Below are positions 8,095 through 15,372 of a stretch of DNA of 62,465 nt, piece after piece. The translations under genes were made by a program, and so were the position numbers. The notes under the pieces are model-generated. The model saw nothing but the letters and a program-made list of their open reading frames with translations, was not told the origin of the DNA and searched no databases. The stretch spans positions 1 through 62,465 of the IMG/VR virus record IMGVR_UViG_3300048057_000022. One strand, 5' to 3'. Source of the DNA: a virus. Taxonomy: Duplodnaviria; Caudoviricetes. Each line of letters opens with the position of its first letter. The stretch's first letter is position 1.

Positions 8095-8548
8095 ACCAAT
8101 CGGCTGGACCGACCCCGCCAACATTCCGTGCCCCGCTGGCAGCAGGCCGTTCTGGCCCACGCGGGAGGAGCCGACAGACGTGCCACTTTATGCAGAGGCC
8201 CAACCCGAGAGCCAGGAGCGGGAGGCGCTGGACCCCTATGAGGGGATCAAGCAACACAACTTCGGAGACGGCTATCACTGTCTGGATTGCGGAACCACCG
8301 TTGATGATGCGCCCGACCAGTTTTGCAAACCGAAGTACCTTCCTGGGTATCCGAAGGCCACCCCAGCGGTGCGGGAGGCGTTGACGGGTGTCACCGCCTA
8401 CCAGTGTCTCAATGGTGACTTGTACATCGTGACGGACGAAAACCTTATTGGGGCCGTCCATCATTTTTATCGCCGGTTCCCAGAACACACAGAGCAATTC
8501 GGACCACTAAAGCCGTTGACCATCCTGTCCGAAGGGGGTGAGAAGTGA
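8084..8548 (+). CDS. mosaic accessory protein
   Basis: Contains the ESQEREAL block and ends in the ILSEGGEK block. Confidence 0.65.
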   Translation: MMSKPIGWTDPANIPCPAGSRPFWPTREEPTDVPLYAEAQPESQEREALDPYEGIKQHNFGDGYHCLDCGTTVDDAPDQFCKPKYLPGYPKATPAVREALTGVTAYQCLNGDLYIVTDENLIGAVHHFYRRFPEHTEQFGPLKPLTILSEGGEK

Positions 8549-9040
8549 AGACGAGTGACCTGAAGCCGTGCCCGTTTTGCGGGACGACCCCAAACATCCG
8601 CCCGTGGCATGGCGGTGGACCCATGAAGCGCCTGGTGCGGTGTCGGGACGAAAACTGCCTCGTAGTGCCGATGGTTTCCGGAACTACGCGATCCAGAGCC
8701 ATCGCCGCTTGGAACCAACGAGCCACACCCCCCACCCCCAGCCGGGAGGGGAGGGCGCAAATCTTGGACGCCCTCAACCATGTAAAAGAGTACGAAACGA
8801 GGTATGACTTGGCGGCATCCATCCGCGCCATCCTGTCCGAAGGAGGTGAGAACGATGGCCCTTAGCGCAAAATGGCTTGAGCCTACCAACTGGATCGAGG
8901 TCCCATTCAATCTACGACCCGATTTTGTGGCCTATGTGCAAGTCCCCAAAGACCTCACCAGGGCCGAGGCCGAACGGCTGTCTGAGATGGTCCTGGCCTT
9001 GGGGCTTCCCAACGCCATCCTGTCCGAAGGGGGTGAGAAG
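8520..9040 (+). repeat. three gene-junction repeats CCATCCTGTCCGAAGG(G/A)GGTGAGAA
   Basis: Copies at 8520, 8828 and 9015; degenerate copy at 9376; each supplies the next gene's SD. Confidence 0.95.
8545..8865 (+). CDS. Lar-family restriction-alleviation-like zinc-finger protein
   Basis: LKPCPFCG...C...C...AIAAWNQR signature. Confidence 0.8.
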   Translation: MKTSDLKPCPFCGTTPNIRPWHGGGPMKRLVRCRDENCLVVPMVSGTTRSRAIAAWNQRATPPTPSREGRAQILDALNHVKEYETRYDLAASIRAILSEGGENDGP

Positions 9041-9052
9041 AATGGGAACTAA
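8855..9052 (+). CDS. hypothetical protein
   Basis: P.DLT..EAERL motif; flanked by junction repeats. Confidence 0.65.
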   Translation: MALSAKWLEPTNWIEVPFNLRPDFVAYVQVPKDLTRAEAERLSEMVLALGLPNAILSEGGEKNGN

Positions 9053-9371
9053 CTATTACCACCACATTGATGTCTGCGAGTGTTGTGGGCGAGCGGGTGA
9101 GGTGGTGCATGTCGGCAAGTCCTCTGCTGGCTGGACCTTCACGTTCCAGGGGACCGAAGAGATCAGGTCGTACCAAGATTGGCTGGATGCAATGGAGGCT
9201 GACCCCGCCAGTAAGATCCTAGATGAATACGGGAGGGAGATCTCACTGGAAGACTTCAAGGCAATCGTCGAATTAAAGCGGGACGAGAACCGCAACCATG
9301 CGAGGGACTACCCAGACGGCTCGTGGCTTGATCCTGATGGACACTCGTTTTCTGGGCATGATTTTTCATGA
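9042..9371 (+). CDS. hypothetical phage protein
   Basis: MGTNYY..CECCG..HVGKSSAGWTF..DEYG, a common phage small-protein pattern. Confidence 0.75.
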   Translation: MGTNYYHHIDVCECCGRAGEVVHVGKSSAGWTFTFQGTEEIRSYQDWLDAMEADPASKILDEYGREISLEDFKAIVELKRDENRNHARDYPDGSWLDPDGHSFSGHDFS

Positions 9372-9425
9372 AGCACCTATCCGAAGGCGGTGATGCGATG
9401 ACCCCCGGCCTGCTGGAGGCCAGAG

Positions 9426-9542
9426 ATGCCTCATGATGCCATCCTCCTGGTGGGGTTCACAGCTCTGATCTGGGGGGCCACCATCATCATGAGCTGGTGG
9501 TGCTCAGAGCACCTGAGAGACAATGAGGTAGACGATGATTAG
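9426..9542 (+). CDS. 38-aa single-TM peptide
   Basis: GGAGG SD; MPHDAILLVGFTALIWGATIIMSWW..; below the ORF-track cutoff. Confidence 0.45.
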   Translation: MPHDAILLVGFTALIWGATIIMSWWCSEHLRDNEVDDD

Positions 9543-9583
9543 TGACGAGACGGGTGCTTGGGAATGGTTGAGGGAGGTGCGAG

Positions 9584-9778
9584 ATGAATGCGCCATCTAA
9601 CGCTAAACGTAAGGCAACGCACAAAGTCCGTCCGGGCGGGCTGATGAGGTGCTGTAACCCGCAAACCATCCAAGATCGTATCGACGAGGACCGGCCACCC
9701 GAGGAAGGTGAGGTTCTGACGTGCTCGATCTGTGATGGCAAGATTATCTTTCGTGTGCTGGTGCTTGGGAATGGTTAA
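9584..9778 (+). CDS. small Cys-containing hypothetical protein
   Basis: GGLMRCC and CSIC motifs; bounded by junction repeats. Confidence 0.6.
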   Translation: MNAPSNAKRKATHKVRPGGLMRCCNPQTIQDRIDEDRPPEEGEVLTCSICDGKIIFRVLVLGNG

Positions 9779-9790
9779 GTGAGGTGCGAG

Positions 9791-10015
9791 ATGAAAGCTG
9801 AAGAGATGTTGGAGCGGATGGCGAGTAAGGCACTTGGGTATTATCACAGTCCCTACCCTGGAGGTGTCCCGACAGAAAACACCTTCAAGCCCAACCAACA
9901 CGGACTTAAAACCATCCAAGCCGCCCTACGGGAGTTGGTGGACAAGACGGTGGCTGACTATACGCCGGAAGATTTGGCCGCACTGTTGGTAGAGATCACG
10001 GAGCTAGAGCTATGA
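9791..10015 (+). CDS. hypothetical protein
   Basis: Start codon supplied by the junction repeat. Confidence 0.6.
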   Translation: MKAEEMLERMASKALGYYHSPYPGGVPTENTFKPNQHGLKTIQAALRELVDKTVADYTPEDLAALLVEITELEL

Positions 10016-10027
10016 GGGAGGTGCGAG

Positions 10028-10291
10028 ATGGGTAGTGCAATTTGCGGAGCGTACCTGCTCCAGGCTGATCTTCGGACCACGTTCTGTCCGACCTGCAAGA
10101 AGGACACCCTCAAACTCTGTCAATACTTCGAGTGGTACGGCCCAAGCGTGGTTTGCCTGGAGTGCGGCGAGCGGTGGGAAGGCGGCGAGCGGTTACCTCG
10201 ACCGTTCGCCCCAAAGTGGAGAGAGAAAAGTGTCGAGCGAGCCAGGAATAGAATGGCCGCACTCGACCTTAACGAGAAAGGAGAAGGCTAA
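10028..10291 (+). CDS. zinc-ribbon protein
   Basis: CPTC..EWYG..CLECGERW...PRPF. Confidence 0.7.
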   Translation: MGSAICGAYLLQADLRTTFCPTCKKDTLKLCQYFEWYGPSVVCLECGERWEGGERLPRPFAPKWREKSVERARNRMAALDLNEKGEG

Positions 10292-10346
10292 TGGTGAAAG
10301 TGCTTTTGATTCTTAGTATTGTCGCTCTGTTCGGGGCAGCAGAGTA

Positions 10347-10688
10347 ATGCCGGAGAGAGTGTTCGTGCTGGACATGCGTGGGGACTTGCCGGACGCGGGC
10401 GACCCTAGAGTTGCGATGGTGGATGAAATCAAGGACGCCATCCTAAACACCACCGACAGGGTGGTGGTCTACCCCGTGAGCGACGCCCTGGACGAGGAGA
10501 ACGCGGAAGACTTCAGGCTGCTCCTCGTCGCTATCGTGGGTGGCGTCAACCTTATCAAGCTCCTCTGCTTCTATCACGGGGTAGGGAGCCTGAGTGCGGA
10601 GGACTCCAAGAGGACCAAGAACGCCCTGTGCTTCCTGAACCAGAGGAACGTCGAGATCAGAAAGGCGGAGCCGTGGATGTTGGCCTAG
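10347..10688 (+). CDS. hypothetical protein
   Basis: ORF in operon. Confidence 0.6.
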   Translation: MPERVFVLDMRGDLPDAGDPRVAMVDEIKDAILNTTDRVVVYPVSDALDEENAEDFRLLLVAIVGGVNLIKLLCFYHGVGSLSAEDSKRTKNALCFLNQRNVEIRKAEPWMLA

Positions 10689-10951
10689 TAGTCGCGCTCG
10701 TTTCCGGCATCGTGGCGCCCCTATTATTCTGGGGATGGCTACGATACCATCGAAGGGATGATCCGTCCGTGCCGCTGGGGTGGACCGGACACGTTGTGAT
10801 TCTCAAGAACGGCAAGGGAAGCGGGGAGCGTCATGAGATCGTCGATCACCGGGGCGGCACCATCACCGTTGATGGGGTGTTCGTGGAAAGGGCTGAACCA
10901 AGCTCAACCTTCACCGGCGAGATCAGGGAGCCAAGTGGCGATCACGATTAG
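10673..10951 (+). CDS. membrane-anchored protein carrying a tail-protein-like beta module
   Basis: N-terminal TM helix; WTGHVVILKNGKGSGERHEIVDH..TITV resembles repeats in the 2073-aa tail protein. Confidence 0.6.
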   Translation: MDVGLVVALVSGIVAPLLFWGWLRYHRRDDPSVPLGWTGHVVILKNGKGSGERHEIVDHRGGTITVDGVFVERAEPSSTFTGEIREPSGDHD

Positions 10952-11150
10952 TACAAAGCGGTGGGAGGAGGCGCACGGGAAGGCGCCCAGGGGGAGGCAT
11001 TTCTGGGAGTTCTCGGTGTCGCACCCGACCAAGGGGGTCGTCCTGTACTCAACGGACGGAGAATTCGCCAGCGCTAGGGACCGGGCGCTAGTAGCGTTCC
11101 GTAGAACCCTGGGGGCACGCGCCAAGCTGGAAGGGGAGTTGCGGCTATAG
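10935..11150 (+). CDS. hypothetical protein
   Basis: GTG after AGGGAG; HGKAPRGR..WEF motif. Confidence 0.65.
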   Translation: MAITISTKRWEEAHGKAPRGRHFWEFSVSHPTKGVVLYSTDGEFASARDRALVAFRRTLGARAKLEGELRL

Positions 11151-11356
11151 AGAATCACGAATTCGAATGCCCCTGGTCCGAAGGCAAGACCGTAATCCTT
11201 GTGGCCGACGCATCGAAGGGCCGCGACGCCAGCCTCGAAGTCGTCATCCAGAAGGTCAGGGGCGACAAAGTGCTAGTAGAGGTGCTCGTTTGGGGCCTTG
11301 CGGCCCGCAAGAGGTGGGTCCGTTTCACTGAACTAAGAGAGGTAGGTTGGCAATGA
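11147..11356 (+). CDS. probable small beta-rich protein with non-canonical (ATA) start
   Basis: Open frame of 70 codons fills an operon gap; GGGGAG 8 nt upstream of ATA; ATGA overlap at the end. Confidence 0.4.
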   Translation: MENHEFECPWSEGKTVILVADASKGRDASLEVVIQKVRGDKVLVEVLVWGLAARKRWVRFTELREVGWQ

Positions 11357-11469
11357 TTTCAGAACTAGACACACTGTCCCTCGTCGTTGGGTTCCTCGCC
11401 GGGATAGCCACGCCGTTCGTGATCGTGATCGTCGTCATGGGGCTGAATAAGTGGCTACAAAGTGAATAA
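11353..11469 (+). CDS. 38-aa single-TM peptide
   Basis: GAGGT SD; MISELDTLSLVVGFLAGIATPFVIVIVVMGLNKWLQSE. Confidence 0.5.
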   Translation: MISELDTLSLVVGFLAGIATPFVIVIVVMGLNKWLQSE

Positions 11470-11725
11470 GCGCGACGTCATCTACTATCTCTACTATCTG
11501 GCCGTGGGCTGGATCATAACGGTGGTCATTACGGTGGGGGCCACCAAAAGACCCGAGGCATGTCGAAGGCGCGGGGTCGAGGCCCTAGGGGCCACGCTTG
11601 AGGTCGCCGTACAGCAAACGACCATCGACTCCCTACAAGCGTTGCTGCACGTCCAGGAAGTGGACATGGAAGGTCTACGAACTCTGTGCTACATCAAAAC
11701 CCCAGCCAAGGGGGAAGGGGGGTAG
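11462..11725 (+). CDS. membrane protein with coiled-coil tail
   Basis: N-terminal TM segment. Confidence 0.55.
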   Translation: MNKRDVIYYLYYLAVGWIITVVITVGATKRPEACRRRGVEALGATLEVAVQQTTIDSLQALLHVQEVDMEGLRTLCYIKTPAKGEGG

Positions 11726-11729
11726 GACC

Positions 11730-12008
11730 ATGCAGGTGGAATTAGGGGACAAGGTCTTCATGGGGGAACAAAGGACGGCGTTCCGGGTGGCGAAGCACGG
11801 CAAGGTCAGGGGAGAGAGGGCGGTCGGTCTGTGCTCCAGCGGCGACGCTGCCAAACTCAACCAATGGATGCGTGACCGCAGGCTCGATGCCGTAGGTGAC
11901 GTTGACGAGTACGTCCCCATCAAGTGCTGGGTCCAGATAGCTGACCTAGTACGAGACAAGCGTAGACGCGGTTGGCGCGAACGCTGGCAGCAAACAACAC
12001 TTTTTTAG
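11730..12008 (+). CDS. hypothetical protein
   Basis: SD plus ATG; operon packing. Confidence 0.6.
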   Translation: MQVELGDKVFMGEQRTAFRVAKHGKVRGERAVGLCSSGDAAKLNQWMRDRRLDAVGDVDEYVPIKCWVQIADLVRDKRRRGWRERWQQTTLF

Positions 12009-12022
12009 GGGGAAAACCGAAC

Positions 12023-12250
12023 ATGGATGTAAAACTGAACCCCGTGCGGTGCGGTCAGTGCGATGGTACTGGGCGGACCCCCACCCTTGAGCCCTGCGAA
12101 CGCTGCAACGGCATCGGCCACACCTACGAGATGAAGGTGGACGCAGTGAATCTCCTGAAGCTCGTCACCCCTACGGTCAAGGGTACGGCGACCTCCAGGC
12201 CACCGATAAACCACAGAGAGGACAAAGATGAAGCTGACGAAGAAAAATAA
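12023..12250 (+). CDS. DnaJ-type zinc-finger small protein
   Basis: Two CxxCxGxG motifs. Confidence 0.65.
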   Translation: MDVKLNPVRCGQCDGTGRTPTLEPCERCNGIGHTYEMKVDAVNLLKLVTPTVKGTATSRPPINHREDKDEADEEK

Positions 12251-12428
12251 GGAACACATCGACAGCCTAGGCTACGAGTCCCTGTTGCGCCACAGCCGCT
12301 TTGCACCTGTGGGTGACCACTGGTTCCAGGGCGAGACGGGGGACTATTGGCTGAAGAGGATGGGCGAACTGAAGGACCAGGACCCTGCCGGTGCTGTTGC
12401 GGCCTCGAAGAATATAGGCTTCGACTGA
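12228..12428 (+). CDS. hypothetical phage protein
   Basis: RFAP.G..WFQGETGDYW motif. Confidence 0.7.
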   Translation: MKLTKKNKEHIDSLGYESLLRHSRFAPVGDHWFQGETGDYWLKRMGELKDQDPAGAVAASKNIGFD

Positions 12429-13030
12429 TGCTGATTCACCCGGAGAAAAAGCTGGTATTCGGCCTTCATGCGAAAGCGGCGGCGAGATGGCTGGAGCGAG
12501 TCTTCATACGAAGGGGGTTCAAGATCGTGGGCTCCCTCCACGAAGGGCCCATGAACCTGACCACGGTCCTGAAGGTGCCGCCCGAGAAGGTGTGGTGGGA
12601 GGCTGACCCCAGCGAATGGGACTACGCCTATGTGGTACGGAACCACGGTGATGCTCTGTTGTCCTGGTGGACCACGTTCAGGGGGGCGGTGCCGGAGGCG
12701 GACCAGGAAAAGGTGTGCCCCGTGTTCCTACGGGAGTGGCCTCGCCAGTACGCCAGACTCTTCCCGTGTTCCCGCCGCCTGTGGAGGTTCGTCTGGGAGA
12801 TGCCGCAAGCCAGCATCCTCCGCTTCGAGGCGCTGGGCCAGGACGTACACCGCTACCTAGAAGCCTACGACCTGGGGCTCTTGGAACCGTGGGAGATGGA
12901 GAGGGACCACAAGCACGTCACCGTAGGCAAGCCGGTGGGCGACTGGCGGCAGCACTACCACCCGGAGGCCGTAGAATATCTGAAGGAAGTCTATCACGTC
13001 GAGGCGTACCGGCTGGGATACAGGTTTTAG
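12428..13030 (+). CDS. sulfotransferase-fold protein (Sulfotransfer_2-like) with degenerate 5'-PSB
   Basis: MLI..EKKLVF..HAKAA, VVRN..D.LLSWW, ILRFEAL and WRQHY...Y..E..RLGYRF. Confidence 0.7.
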   Translation: MLIHPEKKLVFGLHAKAAARWLERVFIRRGFKIVGSLHEGPMNLTTVLKVPPEKVWWEADPSEWDYAYVVRNHGDALLSWWTTFRGAVPEADQEKVCPVFLREWPRQYARLFPCSRRLWRFVWEMPQASILRFEALGQDVHRYLEAYDLGLLEPWEMERDHKHVTVGKPVGDWRQHYHPEAVEYLKEVYHVEAYRLGYRF

Positions 13031-13043
13031 GTGGAGGGCCCAG

Positions 13044-13283
13044 GTGAGCCAAAAAACGAAAATGCGTCGCCCTTCCACGAGTAAGCGTGTGCTGCGTGCC
13101 CTCGAACTCGGACTCGACGCCGTGAATATAGAGGAACTGGACCAATACCAAAAAGAGGAGCACAAGCGGGCCTCGGCGTGGATCGCGAACATCCGTGAGT
13201 ACAACCGATTCAGGACCAAGCTAAGGGCCAAGTGGCACCTACTGAAAATCCGGGCGGAGAGAAAAGAGAAGCGAGGCAAATGA
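13044..13283 (+). CDS. basic hypothetical protein
   Basis: GTG after GGAGG; lies between the two sulfotransferase-like genes. Confidence 0.6.
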   Translation: MSQKTKMRRPSTSKRVLRALELGLDAVNIEELDQYQKEEHKRASAWIANIREYNRFRTKLRAKWHLLKIRAERKEKRGK

Positions 13284-13885
13284 ACGTTCACTTCGAGAAG
13301 AAGATCGTATTCATGCACCATCAGTGCGTGGGGTCCACGGCCACCGTGCCCCCCCTGAAGGCTCGTGGGTTCGAGAACCTGGGCGGTCACCACGATGGGC
13401 CGTGGTCTTTGCGGCCCCACCGGGACCAGAACTACTACGGTTGGTGGAAGTCGGACCCGAGGAAGTACACCTATTGCTGCACCGTTCGGAACCCCTTCTC
13501 GGTCATCCTCTCCCATTGGTGGCAGTACGGCGAACCGGACGGGGGCAGGGGTCCGGTGACGGTCGAGTTCCTGGAAGATTTCCTGGTTCGTGGAATCAAG
13601 TATTTCCCGAACCGGGGGAAGCTGTTCAGGTTCGCATGGGAGGGGACGCCTGGTCCGCTCCTGGTCCTCCACGCCGAGGACTTACAGTCGCACCTCAACC
13701 TCCTATTCGACGAGTTCGGCCTCCCCCTGCTCCAGGCCAACGAGATGGAGCGCAAAAACGTGACACCAGGCAAGCCCGCCGTGAACCTGGGGGGCCACTT
13801 CACCGAGGAGGCCCTCGCCTGGATTGAGAAGTACCACGCCGAGGAGCTAAAGCGCTTCGTCTACAGCCTGGAGGACCTGCCATAA
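13280..13885 (+). CDS. second sulfotransferase-fold protein, paralogue of 12428-13030
   Basis: EKKIVFMH..CVGST, VRNPFSVILSHWW, LHAEDL and FTEE....IEKY..EELKRFVYS. Confidence 0.72.
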   Translation: MNVHFEKKIVFMHHQCVGSTATVPPLKARGFENLGGHHDGPWSLRPHRDQNYYGWWKSDPRKYTYCCTVRNPFSVILSHWWQYGEPDGGRGPVTVEFLEDFLVRGIKYFPNRGKLFRFAWEGTPGPLLVLHAEDLQSHLNLLFDEFGLPLLQANEMERKNVTPGKPAVNLGGHFTEEALAWIEKYHAEELKRFVYSLEDLP

Positions 13886-14187
13886 TGGGGACCAAGAGCA
13901 GGCGTAGGAAGATGCTGAGGCTCCAGGAGAAGATGCGAAAGGAAGAGGCCAGGCGAAAGGTATCGAACCGCCGCCTAGCCCCTGACCACATTCAACGGCT
14001 GAAGGCCCTCAAGATGGAGGGCGAGGCCACGTTTGTTCACCCGAGCACGATGCCCAAGGACTCGCCGAACTACCGGCGCTGGGCTGAGGAAAACTGCTCA
14101 TGTCCATGCCACAACTGCGCCAGCGCGGGGGAGGAAGACTTCCTTGACCCCGGCTGTCCGGTCCACAACGAGGAGGAACGAGAATGA
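13885..14187 (+). CDS. hypothetical protein, basic N-terminus and Cys-rich C-terminus
   Basis: CSCPC..C and CPVH motifs. Confidence 0.6.
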   Translation: MGTKSRRRKMLRLQEKMRKEEARRKVSNRRLAPDHIQRLKALKMEGEATFVHPSTMPKDSPNYRRWAEENCSCPCHNCASAGEEDFLDPGCPVHNEEERE

Positions 14188-14594
14188 GGTATTATCGCAG
14201 GCTGTTTTTGGGAATCGTCTTAGCCCTACTGGCCGTAGGCTGCAAGGGCGACATGGGGCCGGTCGGCCCCTCGGGAGCGGAGGGTCCACAAGGACCCCGT
14301 GGAACCCAAGGGGTGGCCGGACCCGCTGGTCAGGATTTTCAATACTTCATCGGCTCAGGCCACGTTGCGTCAAACGGAACGTCCATCATCAACCTACCTG
14401 TGGGGGCCGGGAGCCTTGGGCAGCAGCCACTCGTGACTTGCTACCACGGTCACGACGGGGCGTACCTCATCATCGGAACCGACGTTGGCTATGGCGGAGT
14501 GTCCTGCGGAATGGTTTGGAGCGATGGGAGGTGGAAGGTCACACTGATAGGTGGCGTGCCCGGCTGGGTCTTTCGCGTCGTGGCGGTTTGGTGA
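14184..14594 (+). CDS. lipoprotein with collagen-like G-X-Y repeat
   Basis: Signal peptide plus lipobox (LAVG-C) followed by ten GXY triplets. Confidence 0.8.
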   Translation: MRYYRRLFLGIVLALLAVGCKGDMGPVGPSGAEGPQGPRGTQGVAGPAGQDFQYFIGSGHVASNGTSIINLPVGAGSLGQQPLVTCYHGHDGAYLIIGTDVGYGGVSCGMVWSDGRWKVTLIGGVPGWVFRVVAVW

Positions 14595-15031
14595 TGGGGG
14601 CCCCAAGGGACAAGGCGGCGATGGACGCAGTGGGGAAGTTCCTCGCCGCCTACCCGCCCCTTCATAATCCCTCACATGACACCGAACGCTATGCCGCTGA
14701 TAAGTTGGCCACGTTCGGCGCACTCAAGATACGCGAAATGTGCCTAATGATGTTGTACTCCAGAGGGGTCAGGGGGATGACGGGCGCAGAGGCGGTGAAG
14801 ATACTTCGCGGCTCGATCAATCGGTCGCTGAAGGAATCTACGGTGCGCACCCGGTTCACCGAATTGGTGGACATTGGTCTAGCTCGAAACTCAGACGAGC
14901 GCCGAGATAACGACAGCGGCAACCCGGAGATTGTGAGAGTGCTTCGCCCCGAAACCATTGCCGCACTGGATCAGCTCTCCCTTATTTCCACCGTACTCAC
15001 GGGCGTCTCACCGGAGGGTTGGGAAGAGTGA
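14594..15031 (+). CDS. winged-helix DNA-binding protein
   Basis: GMTGAE...STVRTRFTELVDIGLA..S.ERR...G pattern. Confidence 0.65.
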   Translation: MGAPRDKAAMDAVGKFLAAYPPLHNPSHDTERYAADKLATFGALKIREMCLMMLYSRGVRGMTGAEAVKILRGSINRSLKESTVRTRFTELVDIGLARNSDERRDNDSGNPEIVRVLRPETIAALDQLSLISTVLTGVSPEGWEE

Positions 15032-15372
15032 GGGCCTGGATCGGAGTAGACTTGGACGGCACCCTGGCGGAGTACCACGGCTGGCAGGGCGTAGACCATG
15101 TCGGCCCACCCATACCAAAGATGCTAGAACGGGTGAAGGGCTGGATCAAGGCTGGCAAGGAAGTCCGCATCTTCACGGCCAGGGTTGGTCCCCAGCCTGA
15201 CGATGTGAACGTACACTACGTACGCAGCGTTATCCGGAGTTGGTGCGAGAAGCACGTTGGCTGCGCCCTGACGGTCACCGCGACCAAGGACTTCAGCATG
15301 GTCGAACTCTGGGACGATCGGTGCGTTCAGGTGATACCGAATACAGGAGAACGGGTCGATGGGAAAGACTGA
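15028..15372 (+). CDS. HAD-superfamily phosphatase (phage PNKP-phosphatase-like)
   Basis: DLDGTL, IFTAR, K and WDD motifs. Confidence 0.85.
   Translation: MRAWIGVDLDGTLAEYHGWQGVDHVGPPIPKMLERVKGWIKAGKEVRIFTARVGPQPDDVNVHYVRSVIRSWCEKHVGCALTVTATKDFSMVELWDDRCVQVIPNTGERVDGKD

Larger units (their letters stand above)
9553..10030 (+). repeat. gene-junction repeats ending in GAGGTGCGAGATG
   Basis: 9553-9588 matches 9760-9795 at 34/36; 10013-10030 is identical to 9569-9586. Confidence 0.95.

Noticed and set aside
8520-10030. Integron attC cassettes
   Set aside because: The junction repeats lack the RYYYAAC...GTTRRRY boxes and long palindromes; they are reported as direct junction repeats instead.
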